IMG/VR virus record: IMGVR_UViG_3300020468_000041
Coordinates: 1-30,763 of that record
DNA length: 30,763 bases
From: a virus
Lineage: Duplodnaviria; Caudoviricetes
Strand: one strand, 5' to 3'
Under the pieces are notes generated by a model that saw nothing but the letters and a program-made list of their open reading frames with translations, did not search any database and was not told the DNA's origin. The first letter of the stretch is position 1, and every line of letters starts with the position of its first letter. Shown in pieces: positions 18,596 through 27,123 of the stretch. The position numbers and the translations under genes were made by a program.

Positions 18596-20652
18596 CGTTC
18601 TGACACCACCACTGCGTACATAACGGCCAAAATAGTACAAGGCAGCGGATCGTCATGCACAAAATATAAGTCAAATTGTCTATTAGGAGTATGCGCTAAT
18701 AGTAGTCTTTTATCTCCTGTAAATAGCTCTAACGAGCCCATAGGTATAGATGGCGTACGAAAAGGTATCTCTTGCAAATTTGTAAGGTTATCTCCTATTT
18801 TAAGGGTATATGTATCTACTACCCTAGCTGTAATTCTTTCAATACGTCTAGTCTTACCTTGTGACGGGCCTGACTCCGTTTGTACTTCAGGATCTAGTGT
18901 ACGCATTAAAGCTCGATAAGATAATCCTACATGTACAGTATTAGCAGATCTTTCTAATGTCACAGAGCCGCCGACAACTGTTTTATTAGGGTGGTTTGCA
19001 CCATCAGCTAGTATCCTAACACTCTCACCTTCTAAGTGATCTAAACCAGAGACAGAAGTAACCGAGACAGAAGAGTTGTCATAGGTCAGCCCACTATCAA
19101 CAAAGAAGGCATCTTTAGGAACGTCTCCTTTGGCCTGGTCAAATGCTTTTTCTAAAAATTCTACATATTGCTTTGTCGCACCGCCTATTGTTCTTTCAAC
19201 AATCATATATAATTGTTCTTCTAGTTCATCTGCCGATGGGATAGAAGCGATACTTTTTATTTTAGCAGCACCACCAGTCGTAGCACCTAGTATATGTCTA
19301 TGCCAAGCTACAACGTCTTGTGCTCTCTCGTATGTCAAGCACCTTAATTCACCGGTATCTAATAATGTCCATATTAAACTATCAGGCGAACGCGTATAAG
19401 CTAGCTCCTTGGCGTTACCGGTAGTAATATGTTCAGCAATAAGAGTAAGATCAGGAGTACTAAAGCCGTCCACCTCGAGATTATAAGCAAGTTCTCTGAT
19501 CTTCGTTCTGGTTCTATCAATAAAAATAGTGGCCCTAGAAGCACCAATAGGACGCAGATTAGCAGTACCATCAGTCGTCTCCCTGTTAACTGTCACGTTG
19601 TTGGGAGTCAGCGCAAGGTTATCACTACCAGATGATACAACAAATGGGCCATCAGATGTTCCAAGCAATAATTGCTTAGATCCATACATCCAACGTATTG
19701 CATTCACTTGGTCAGTGGCTAAGGTGAGATCAAGACCTGAATCGTCTAGCACCTCTGCGTCTCTATTGGTTGGGGAGAAAGTCTCAAAGTTGCCTGACTC
19801 TGATGCCCATAGAGTATTTGGAGAAGTTGTATTGTTTGCAAAAAATAATCGTTGTTGATAAAAAGTAGCAGTAGTAGGCCAGCCAGTAGTATCTGACCAG
19901 ATACCTAACCGCCAGTTATCAGTACCAGTAGTATCACCAAAGCTAAAATCATTCCAAGTAGTAGCAGTAACAGATGTCGTGCTGCCAACCGCCGTGATGT
20001 AGGCCGCTCCCCATTTGCCGCCCCTAAGTATCCTAATACCACGCCCCACATCTGTTGCTAAAAATCCTTGTCCTGAGTTGATACCAGTTACAGCTGATGC
20101 TGTAATCGTAACGCTGCCTGAAGTAGCTGAAGCAGTTAATGTAGTACTTGTCGTATTTATTTCACCCCACGGTCCGTCAATAGCTTCAAGCACAGTAAAT
20201 GAAAAAGCTGTATGCCCTGTACGACTTAACTTACGTGTTTGATAATTAGGATGCGTCAGGTATAAAATATCTGCCGACTGCGTAAATTTAAGTAAGTCTA
20301 AATCATTTTCACCATAAGGACTAACTATTTCGTAAGCACCTGTACCAGGTGATGGTACTTGTATTTGTCCCTCATTACGATAAAATCGTACATAGTTATG
20401 GCCAAACTCTAAAACATAAGCCTGCACCGTACTAAAGATAAATGGTATCATACGTACTTTTTTAGTGCTGTCTTTTACCTCAGCAATAAATCTTGTACCT
20501 GATCGTTTAGTAATACCACCGTGAGGAAAGCATATAAAGTTTTCACAGCGCTGCACTGAGCTCGTGTATTTAGTCAAATCAACACGACCAAGCAGTCTAG
20601 GACTAATTTCACCGCCCGTAAAATTTGTTTGTATCGGCGTGACTTTAGCCAT
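18592..20652 (-). CDS. tail tubular protein B / nozzle (T7 gp12/P22 gp10-like)
   Basis: QTNFTGGEISPRLLGRVDL, GGITKRSGT, FYQQRLFF, VVAWHRH, GLDHLEGESV; GGAG/GAGG RBS. Confidence 0.88.
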   Translation of the reverse strand: MAKVTPIQTNFTGGEISPRLLGRVDLTKYTSSVQRCENFICFPHGGITKRSGTRFIAEVKDSTKKVRMIPFIFSTVQAYVLEFGHNYVRFYRNEGQIQVPSPGTGAYEIVSPYGENDLDLLKFTQSADILYLTHPNYQTRKLSRTGHTAFSFTVLEAIDGPWGEINTTSTTLTASATSGSVTITASAVTGINSGQGFLATDVGRGIRILRGGKWGAAYITAVGSTTSVTATTWNDFSFGDTTGTDNWRLGIWSDTTGWPTTATFYQQRLFFANNTTSPNTLWASESGNFETFSPTNRDAEVLDDSGLDLTLATDQVNAIRWMYGSKQLLLGTSDGPFVVSSGSDNLALTPNNVTVNRETTDGTANLRPIGASRATIFIDRTRTKIRELAYNLEVDGFSTPDLTLIAEHITTGNAKELAYTRSPDSLIWTLLDTGELRCLTYERAQDVVAWHRHILGATTGGAAKIKSIASIPSADELEEQLYMIVERTIGGATKQYVEFLEKAFDQAKGDVPKDAFFVDSGLTYDNSSVSVTSVSGLDHLEGESVRILADGANHPNKTVVGGSVTLERSANTVHVGLSYRALMRTLDPEVQTESGPSQGKTRRIERITARVVDTYTLKIGDNLTNLQEIPFRTPSIPMGSLELFTGDKRLLLAHTPNRQFDLYFVHDDPLPCTILAVMYAVVVSER

Positions 20653-20654
20653 GC

Positions 20655-21254
20655 TTACCTCGGTGGAGTGTTAATATTAGGTCTAATTACCCCTTGTCGT
20701 GATTCAAGCCAATAGTCAGCATCCAGCACGTCTTGTTGTTGCTCTTGTGCATCTACAAACTTAGCTTCTCTTAATTTAAGTTCATACATTTGGAACATCT
20801 GTTCCATTGCAGATGTACTTTGCAGCAACGGTTGAGCTAGATCAGCAGCGACTCTCGCAGCCAATGTATCAACTAATAGCGTGTCATATAAGGTTACGTC
20901 TGTAACTAACGACGTATACTTAATATTCATTGCGCCTTCGTCAGATAATATATGCCGCCTCTCTAATTGAAACACTGTTTGTGTAGGATCTTCTACTTCT
21001 AATAGCCTTAGAAAATCAGCAGGTAATACAAACCTGTTTGCATATCCATAAACCGGGGGAGTCACATCTTTAGGTAAAGCTGCTCGTCTTGTCAAGCAGT
21101 TCCAAGGATGCCCTCTAAATACAGCTGCACGCGTATCATCAAATAATACACGAGCTACTGACGCCTGCTTACTGTTATCAGATAGTGAGGTGATCGACTC
21201 AATACCTAATAGTGCTAGGCTTCGGTTTATAATTTCTATATCAGATGCTGCCAT
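20655..21254 (-). CDS. tail tubular protein A / adaptor (T7 gp11-like)
   Basis: IINRSLALLG...HPWNC...FVLPADFLRL motifs; position after the capsid genes. Confidence 0.88.
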   Translation of the reverse strand: MAASDIEIINRSLALLGIESITSLSDNSKQASVARVLFDDTRAAVFRGHPWNCLTRRAALPKDVTPPVYGYANRFVLPADFLRLLEVEDPTQTVFQLERRHILSDEGAMNIKYTSLVTDVTLYDTLLVDTLAARVAADLAQPLLQSTSAMEQMFQMYELKLREAKFVDAQEQQQDVLDADYWLESRQGVIRPNINTPPR

Positions 21255-21261
21255 GATAGGT

Positions 21262-21296
21262 TTGAGGGGAGGTGTTCGGAATTAACCTCCCCTCAA
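21262..21296 (-). other. 12-bp perfect stem-loop between the capsid and tail genes, without a U-tract
   Basis: TTGAGGGGAGGT (21262-21273) pairs with ACCTCCCCTCAA (21285-21296); 11-nt loop. Confidence 0.75.
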
Positions 21297-21301
21297 TCTC
21301 C

Positions 21302-21754
21302 TTAGTCGATGACGTAACAAACATAGCCAGCAAGTGTACCAGCATCAGGTATTGTACCATCGTTGATCTGTGCTGCCAATACAAAACCGTCTTTGGTTGT
21401 GAGTTGGCTGTTGATCTGAATGGTCGTAGTACCTGCAGTAGCAACTGCTGTGTTTGCACTAAATGCATCAGGGTCAGCGGCAATCGCATTACCATCAGCA
21501 TCATTAGCACCTAAATGACCCAGGTCCATAGTTCTTGACGTACCGAGAGCACTATTTGTCACAACTGCATACAGGACCCTCATAGCCCCTGCCTCCATTT
21601 GCGCAAGTAATGCCTGATCACCGGCAGATCCAGAACCAGATTGAGTGAAGTCAAACGCTTTAACTCGAACCCTACCACGATCTTCGTGGGTAGCATTCAT
21701 CACTCTAGGAGTGGCCTGAGTATTAGCGTACTGAGTTGAGTTTTGTGTAGCCAT
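21302..21754 (-). CDS. putative capsid decoration/cement protein
   Basis: 150-aa beta-rich protein directly after the major capsid gene, with a strong AAGGAGG RBS. Confidence 0.65.
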   Translation of the reverse strand: MATQNSTQYANTQATPRVMNATHEDRGRVRVKAFDFTQSGSGSAGDQALLAQMEAGAMRVLYAVVTNSALGTSRTMDLGHLGANDADGNAIAADPDAFSANTAVATAGTTTIQINSQLTTKDGFVLAAQINDGTIPDAGTLAGYVCYVID

Positions 21755-21768
21755 AATATCAGTCCTCC

Positions 21769-22656
21769 TTAGCTCTCATCGCACTTGATTTCAAGTACTT
21801 TCTTTTCTTCCATTCGGACAGCGCCGAAGGAAGCTGAGCAATAAACCTGAGTACTGTTTCTCTTATCGCGTCTTGGACCAATGTCTACGTTGACATCCTG
21901 TCCTACGGCCATTAGCAATCCTGATTTAGAATAGCATAGGACCCTACGATGAGAGTTAGCATCAGCGTTTACGAGTTCAGTGCGTATAAACTCGAAACCC
22001 ATGAAAGTGTTAACATCGCCTTGAACAAGCGCTTTAACTGAGTTAAAATCAGCACTAGTTACCTCAGTTGTTTGCAATAGATCAGTGATCTGTTTTGCAG
22101 TACAAATAACGTACCTAGGATCTGATGGATCAGTTTCAGCCGCATCAAGCGACTCTTTCGCTGCTCTTAGCTTACCAATAGTTAGACCAGAGTTAGCAGC
22201 TGCGCCACTCTCTACATAGTTAACAGCAATTTGCTGTGCTGCAGGGAATGTTACAGTTGTTGCACCAGTCTTACCTGTTTGGACTCCACCGAATGCAGCT
22301 TCAAGAATGATCTCATCCATCTTACGGCCTAATGCATAGGATGCATTTTGGCTGTATGGTGAAGTAGGATCAATCAACATTCTGATTCGATCTTGTCTAT
22401 CAATTAACTCTGCCCAGTCAAAGTCACGCAATGAGACTCTACGTCTGTCATGCGGTACGTTGATAAGTGGAGTGTCTTGATGACGTCCAGTAACCTCTTG
22501 TGCAGAAGTCGCGCCAATCCTGTCATAAAAGTCAAACTCAGCGGACTGAGTTTCGACCCTCACGTACGGACGTAGGCGGGAGCCTTTCTGCTGCAGGAGG
22601 TGCTCGACGTTTGCTTTATACTGCTGTATAAAGGCTGTCGTGATTTGAAAGCTCAT
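21769..22656 (-). CDS. major capsid protein
   Basis: ITTAFIQQY...LLQQKGSRLR, DRIRMLIDPTSPY, ALGRKMD, FMGFEFI, GAVRMEE; AAAGGAGG RBS. Confidence 0.92.
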   Translation of the reverse strand: MSFQITTAFIQQYKANVEHLLQQKGSRLRPYVRVETQSAEFDFYDRIGATSAQEVTGRHQDTPLINVPHDRRRVSLRDFDWAELIDRQDRIRMLIDPTSPYSQNASYALGRKMDEIILEAAFGGVQTGKTGATTVTFPAAQQIAVNYVESGAAANSGLTIGKLRAAKESLDAAETDPSDPRYVICTAKQITDLLQTTEVTSADFNSVKALVQGDVNTFMGFEFIRTELVNADANSHRRVLCYSKSGLLMAVGQDVNVDIGPRRDKRNSTQVYCSASFGAVRMEEKKVLEIKCDES

Positions 22657-22689
22657 AGCTTTCCTCCTTTCAACATATTTACATTAATC

Positions 22690-22798
22690 GCTTCGGCTGC
22701 CCTTGCGGACCTCTGCTTGCCGTTTTAAGTCGTGGCATGCTATGACTTCGGACGGTAAAACCGCTACCCGATATTACTCTAACGCATTTTTGGCGTTA
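22690..22798 (-). promoter_or_regulatory. putative structured cis-regulatory RNA leader of the major capsid gene
   Basis: Three hairpins and a possible H-type pseudoknot in a 148-nt intergenic region (see findings). Confidence 0.55.
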
Positions 22799-22804
22799 AG
22801 TAAA

Positions 22805-23149
22805 CTATCCTCCGAGTTTTGTGCCTGTAGTTTTACCCGCCGCACGGCGAACAATACCTTGAGCATCAGCCCCAGAATAACCTGCAAATTCAGCACCCCT
22901 AATCGCTGCTTCAGGATTAGTGACACCTCTACCTCTAGCTTGATTAGCAACCCGTTCTACAACAGGGTCTCGTTTGCCAACCTTTTTAATCATAGCATCA
23001 GCGGCGTCCAAATAGCTAGATGGTATAGCTAGACGCTCTGCCAGACGCTTCTGGTATTCATTATATTTCTTTTGAGTACTTGACGTACGACCCATTTTAG
23101 TCTTACGAAACTCGTCGTCTAGATACCCTATTTTTATTTTTTTAGCCAT
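22805..23149 (-). CDS. basic hypothetical protein
   Basis: TAATG-coupled to the upstream gene; contains RKTKMG and ends GKTTGTKLGG. Confidence 0.7.
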   Translation of the reverse strand: MAKKIKIGYLDDEFRKTKMGRTSSTQKKYNEYQKRLAERLAIPSSYLDAADAMIKKVGKRDPVVERVANQARGRGVTNPEAAIRGAEFAGYSGADAQGIVRRAAGKTTGTKLGG

Positions 23150-23346
23150 TATGTTTTCTTATTAGCCTTATATTTAGATAACAGTTTATCGCCCATACCC
23201 ATAGACTTACCGGCACCAAAAAAAGAATTATCACCAAATGCTTTAATAAAGGCTTCTTTTTGAGTTTGAGAAGGCCCGCTACCCTGGGTCATCTTGGTTT
23301 TACCAGCTTTCTTTTTCTTAGATACATTTACATCAACGGTACTCAT
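23149..23346 (-). CDS. small Lys-rich hypothetical protein
   Basis: Coupled on both sides; contains DVNVSKKKKAGKTKMT. Confidence 0.7.
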   Translation of the reverse strand: MSTVDVNVSKKKKAGKTKMTQGSGPSQTQKEAFIKAFGDNSFFGAGKSMGMGDKLLSKYKANKKT

Positions 23347-23522
23347 TTTACTTTTAACACGCCAGAGTCAATGCCTAACTGTATCATCATAGCGCCTGCG
23401 CCCCTACCTGCTACAGTATGTCTTGAAACCTTGCCTGTCCCTCTTTTACCTGACGTAAGTTTTGTCTTGCCTGCTTTTTTAGCATTAGAGACTTTTACAT
23501 CTGTTGTTTTAGCTTGTGTCAC
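23343..23522 (-). CDS. 59-aa Lys-rich protein (absent from the ORF track)
   Basis: GTG start immediately after the upstream TAA; MTQAKTTDVKVSNAKKAGKTKLTSGKRG...; ATGA overlap with the next gene. Confidence 0.65.
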   Translation of the reverse strand: MTQAKTTDVKVSNAKKAGKTKLTSGKRGTGKVSRHTVAGRGAGAMMIQLGIDSGVLKVK

Positions 23523-23588
23523 TTACTTCCCCTTTGGCTTAGGTGGACGACCTTTTTTAGTACCGTAGGTACCTTTTCCTTTTGGCAT
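23523..23588 (-). CDS. 21-aa basic peptide with an AT-hook-like GRP core
   Basis: MPKGKGTYGTKKGRPPKPKGK; preceded by an AAAGGAGG RBS; fills the gap exactly. Confidence 0.65.
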   Translation of the reverse strand: MPKGKGTYGTKKGRPPKPKGK

Positions 23589-23589
23589 A

Positions 23590-23742
23590 TCAGCCTCCTT
23601 TCTTATTTTGTGATCGTTTCAAATCAGCGTTAGACGGGGCCCCTTTAGACCCCGGCTTCCGCATTGTCTCACCAGAACCGGCCTTTATTCTTTTACGCTT
23701 AGCGTGTATATTAGCCCAAAGGCCCATTTTGGTTTTTCCCAT
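23590..23742 (-). CDS. 50-aa basic phage protein (absent from the ORF track)
   Basis: MGKTKMGLWANIHAKRKRIKAGSGETMRKPGSKGAPSNADLKRSQNKKGG; starts right after the scaffold stop, with GGAG upstream. Confidence 0.75.
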   Translation of the reverse strand: MGKTKMGLWANIHAKRKRIKAGSGETMRKPGSKGAPSNADLKRSQNKKGG

Positions 23743-24549
23743 TTATGTCTCCGGATATGCAAACCCAAACAATGATTGCATCTTTTCAATGGCAGCAGGG
23801 TGTCCATCACGCTCGCTATCATTATACTGTTGCATAAAGTTAGGGTCTCGTTGTAGTCTAGCAATCTCCTGCCTTGCTGCATCCGGTGTTAGTGTAAATG
23901 AATTACCCCGGCCTGATGTATCAGCAGAATCTTCCATGATACCCATGCCTATTTTAGAAAACATCTTAATAAACATAGGGTGATCACCTAGACCTGTTTC
24001 ATCTAGCCAACCTAGAAACTCATCGCCGCCAAACTCAGCTGCTGCACGTTGAGCTGCATCTACGCGCTCGTCGTATGCTGCACCAAACTCTCGTTTGATT
24101 TCGCTATCCCACTCAGCTATCTGAGACTCTCGACCGACAGTCATATCATTATGACCTTTGCCGATATAGTCCATATAGCCGCTGTATAGCTTTTGAGCTT
24201 GTGACTGAGACAGACCAGATTCATGCATAAGTTTCAGCATTTCTCCTTCCATCTCTGAATTATACTCTAGGCCTTGTGGTAAATCAGGGCGTGAGATCTC
24301 ATACTTCTCAGGCCTACCTAACCTATTATAAAATTCATTCATCTCTTCAGGCGATGCATCTTCTTTGGGAAGAACTACTTTATCTGCACCAACCATTTTT
24401 TGGCCATGAATAAAACTCTTGGCCAACCCATTAACGTCCTGTATTGAAGCAAGGCTCGGATCATGTCTTATATCGTCACTTAATGACGCTCTCCAATCAC
24501 CACCCGAGCTACCCGCATCAATCTCTACGGACCCGACGTCCTCACTCAT
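23743..24549 (-). CDS. capsid scaffolding/assembly protein
   Basis: Acidic and helical, with W..SL, FYNRLGRPEKY and GLGDHPMFIKMF motifs; lies between portal and capsid; GGAGG RBS. Confidence 0.8.
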   Translation of the reverse strand: MSEDVGSVEIDAGSSGGDWRASLSDDIRHDPSLASIQDVNGLAKSFIHGQKMVGADKVVLPKEDASPEEMNEFYNRLGRPEKYEISRPDLPQGLEYNSEMEGEMLKLMHESGLSQSQAQKLYSGYMDYIGKGHNDMTVGRESQIAEWDSEIKREFGAAYDERVDAAQRAAAEFGGDEFLGWLDETGLGDHPMFIKMFSKIGMGIMEDSADTSGRGNSFTLTPDAARQEIARLQRDPNFMQQYNDSERDGHPAAIEKMQSLFGFAYPET

Positions 24550-24805
24550 CTTCTACCTCCTTTGGTAAGTTTAACAATTCTTGCGGATCTTTATCAATAA
24601 AACGCAAGAGACTCAAAACCACTCGACGCATACCTTCACGGTGTGCAGTCTCATGGGTATCACCTGGTACATAGGTTGCTTCATTTACATGGGCAATCTT
24701 GCACAGATAATTCAGTACCCTATTTCCCGAAGGAGATAGGAATACAGACCTCATGTCTGTATGTAATTCACTTAACTTATTAGGTTCCTGTTGGTCCTTG
24801 TCCAC
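24542..24805 (-). CDS. Bbp19-like head assembly protein
   Basis: VFLSPSGNRVLNYL...ETAHREGMRRVV motif. Likely GTG start at 24805 with GGAG upstream (the track start is 24841). Confidence 0.75.
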   Translation of the reverse strand: MDKDQQEPNKLSELHTDMRSVFLSPSGNRVLNYLCKIAHVNEATYVPGDTHETAHREGMRRVVLSLLRFIDKDPQELLNLPKEVEDE

Positions 24806-26426
24806 CCGTTGGCTCCATTCCAGCATTCTTCGCGGCGACACTCATATCTTTAGCTGTAGTAGCTTGCTGCTGCATCATAGCCGCTTCTTGCATTTGTTGT
24901 TCATTTTCTGCTCTAGCTTGTCGCTGTTCTTCTACAGTCTTAGGATCTGTAAGCGTTTCTGCTGGTGCATCTAGTGTATGGTGCGCCCATCTGAACGTAC
25001 CGTCTGCGTTTATATTATCAAATATCTCTGGCTTGACATTTGCTAGAGGTATCATCTGTTCTAAAAATCTTGTAAAGTTAAATACTGACTGTGCTTTCTG
25101 AGCACGTGCTACTGGTGATATATAATCAACATGCAGCTTGACGCCTTCTAATTCACCTGGCGGTCTAGGTAGTTCATTACGTCTTAGCATAAGAGCAAAG
25201 ACACGATCGATCATAGGTCCAAGAAACTCGGCTTGTAGTCGTCCAACCATTGGACCCATAAGCCTCATCTTCTCCTCTTGACGTTGTAAGACCTCAGTCG
25301 CTGTCATTTGTGGACCATCTCGCATTTGCAGCCAGTCTACATGAAACGATTTACTAATATGCTCGCGTCTAGACTCAATAAAGTCTAGTCCTACATCAGG
25401 CCTTTCACCACCAACTAATGGTTCTACCTTATCAGGTGTACCTGATCTATAGTAGTTTAAGCCACCTGGTATAGTACGTAATGGCATCATAAAGCCATCA
25501 TCTGGTACCATAAGTGGTGGATCAGTTGCTTTTTGTGCTGCCCTGATTGTAGTCTTCATCATTTCATTGACCATACGAATATCAGGCAAACACACCATAG
25601 CAGGTGATCGTCCATATACTTCACCTGAGGTCTTAGACCATCGGGGTACCATATATGGAAACTCCATAAAACCACCTTCTTTAAGCAGCAGCTTTTCTTC
25701 TACTAAAACGTAGCATGACTTAAATGGCATATTCAGAGGATCTTTTTTATCTTCCCCTGTATATATTAGGTCAGCTCTAGGCTCAACGGCATGTATACAC
25801 GTAAACTCTTGGAATGGCTGCTTAGTAGCTATCTCCTTAAATTTATCGGGTAGAACCTCACTATACAACTGCATCAATTGTCTTGCAGTATGCTTATACT
25901 TTCTATAACAAGTGTCTACGACACCTTCATGGTTTTCTGCTACGTAGCAGTCTGCCAAGTGGAAAGATCTAAACTGTATAGGTTTGCCTGGCCTATCTTC
26001 GACATAAAATACAGCTGTACCGTAAGAACCTATGTCTAGGTACATTTCATGCACTGAAGTTATGAAGTTAGTTTCAGGTAGATTAAAGCACGAGTCAAAC
26101 ATAGCTTCGACTGTGCCTTGCAGCCATTGTCTCATACTAAGAGATGGTTCGTCGTTACCAGGTACTCTTAGGCTAAACCAACGTTCTGCTGTATTGGTCA
26201 GATGACCATGTAATCCAGACGCCAATTGTTCATTGGCGAGTGGTGCTGTAGAGTCAAAGACTTTATCAAACCTAGAACGGCTTCCCCTGAATTGCTTTGT
26301 AGTAAAATCTCCACGGCGAGGATTGACATAGTCAGTACAATCCTGCCAGAGACTTTCCCACGGGGCACGCCAAGACTCAAGCTGCTCTAAGCGCTTAACG
26401 ACTTGATTTACAGCATCTTCTTTCAT
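24780..26426 (-). CDS. portal (head-to-tail connector) protein
   Basis: FDSTA, PYMVPRW...GEVYGRSP, MTATEV...EEK...LMGP, YISPVARAQK. Confidence 0.93.
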   Translation of the reverse strand: MKEDAVNQVVKRLEQLESWRAPWESLWQDCTDYVNPRRGDFTTKQFRGSRSRFDKVFDSTAPLANEQLASGLHGHLTNTAERWFSLRVPGNDEPSLSMRQWLQGTVEAMFDSCFNLPETNFITSVHEMYLDIGSYGTAVFYVEDRPGKPIQFRSFHLADCYVAENHEGVVDTCYRKYKHTARQLMQLYSEVLPDKFKEIATKQPFQEFTCIHAVEPRADLIYTGEDKKDPLNMPFKSCYVLVEEKLLLKEGGFMEFPYMVPRWSKTSGEVYGRSPAMVCLPDIRMVNEMMKTTIRAAQKATDPPLMVPDDGFMMPLRTIPGGLNYYRSGTPDKVEPLVGGERPDVGLDFIESRREHISKSFHVDWLQMRDGPQMTATEVLQRQEEKMRLMGPMVGRLQAEFLGPMIDRVFALMLRRNELPRPPGELEGVKLHVDYISPVARAQKAQSVFNFTRFLEQMIPLANVKPEIFDNINADGTFRWAHHTLDAPAETLTDPKTVEEQRQARAENEQQMQEAAMMQQQATTAKDMSVAAKNAGMEPTGGQGPTGT

Positions 26427-26428
26427 AC

Positions 26429-26653
26429 TTAGTAGTTACCAAGTTTCTCTGAAGCTCCACCAAGAAGTTTCTTCTTCTTGATCTTCTCCATTTCTACACC
26501 TTCACCGGAAGTCAACACTGTAGACTTTTGACCTTTTCTTTGCTTCTCAGCATCGGTCAAGTCATCAACTGACTTTTTAATTTCTGCATCGCTCACCGTA
26601 GGTGGTGTTGGAGCAGGTGGTGGGGGTGCTGGTGCTCTTCCGCCTCCGCACAT
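26429..26653 (-). CDS. small virion protein preceding the portal
   Basis: MCGGG start, Pro-rich segment, RKGQKSTVLT, KKLLG ending; AGGAGG RBS. Confidence 0.7.
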   Translation of the reverse strand: MCGGGRAPAPPPPAPTPPTVSDAEIKKSVDDLTDAEKQRKGQKSTVLTSGEGVEMEKIKKKKLLGGASEKLGNY

Positions 26654-26655
26654 AT

Positions 26656-27123
26656 TTACCTCCTTTTTACAAACGTGTGCCCTACAGTATCATACCCTAG
26701 AGCGTTGTACAGTTGCCGCGTCTCCTCAGTTTTTACACCTGTCGACGAAGCAGGCCGTATTTCTTTCGCACCGTTGGCAAATGCCCAATCCTCAAATTCT
26801 TTTATCAATCTAGCTGCAGCAATCCCGCCGCGTCTATCTTGACTCACGAATAGTAAAAGATCATTCGCTACTAGGTCCTTACCGAAATAATAACTCGAAA
26901 TGAGTCCGACGTACATCGCAAAAATTTTATTTTCTTGCGAGGTCACTAATTTACAAAAATATACTTCTGGATTAGCCACCCAGGTAATAGCCATAGAGGT
27001 GATAACTTCGGGGTCAAAGTCAAGGTGGCTATAACTAGACTCACCATGGGCTTCTTCCGCTAGCATTAATACTTGCTGCATGTCATCGAGTTTAAGATCT
27101 CTAATAATTACCGAAGATTGCAT
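26656..27123 (-). CDS. GNAT family acetyltransferase
   Basis: IRDLKLDD, LFVSQDRRGG acetyl-CoA motif A, LYNALGY. Confidence 0.85.
   Translation of the reverse strand: MQSSVIIRDLKLDDMQQVLMLAEEAHGESSYSHLDFDPEVITSMAITWVANPEVYFCKLVTSQENKIFAMYVGLISSYYFGKDLVANDLLLFVSQDRRGGIAAARLIKEFEDWAFANGAKEIRPASSTGVKTEETRQLYNALGYDTVGHTFVKRR

Noticed and set aside
21262-21296. Intrinsic terminator
   Set aside because: No U-tract on either strand, so it was kept only as a hairpin.
21755-21820. T7-style programmed frameshift extending the major capsid
   Set aside because: No clear slippery heptamer near the stop, and the next gene has its own strong RBS.
23582-23983. + strand 133-aa ORF, and also 23260..23568 and 22703..23032
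   Set aside because: These are antisense shadows of the tightly coupled - strand micro-ORFs and scaffold, with no RBS or motifs.
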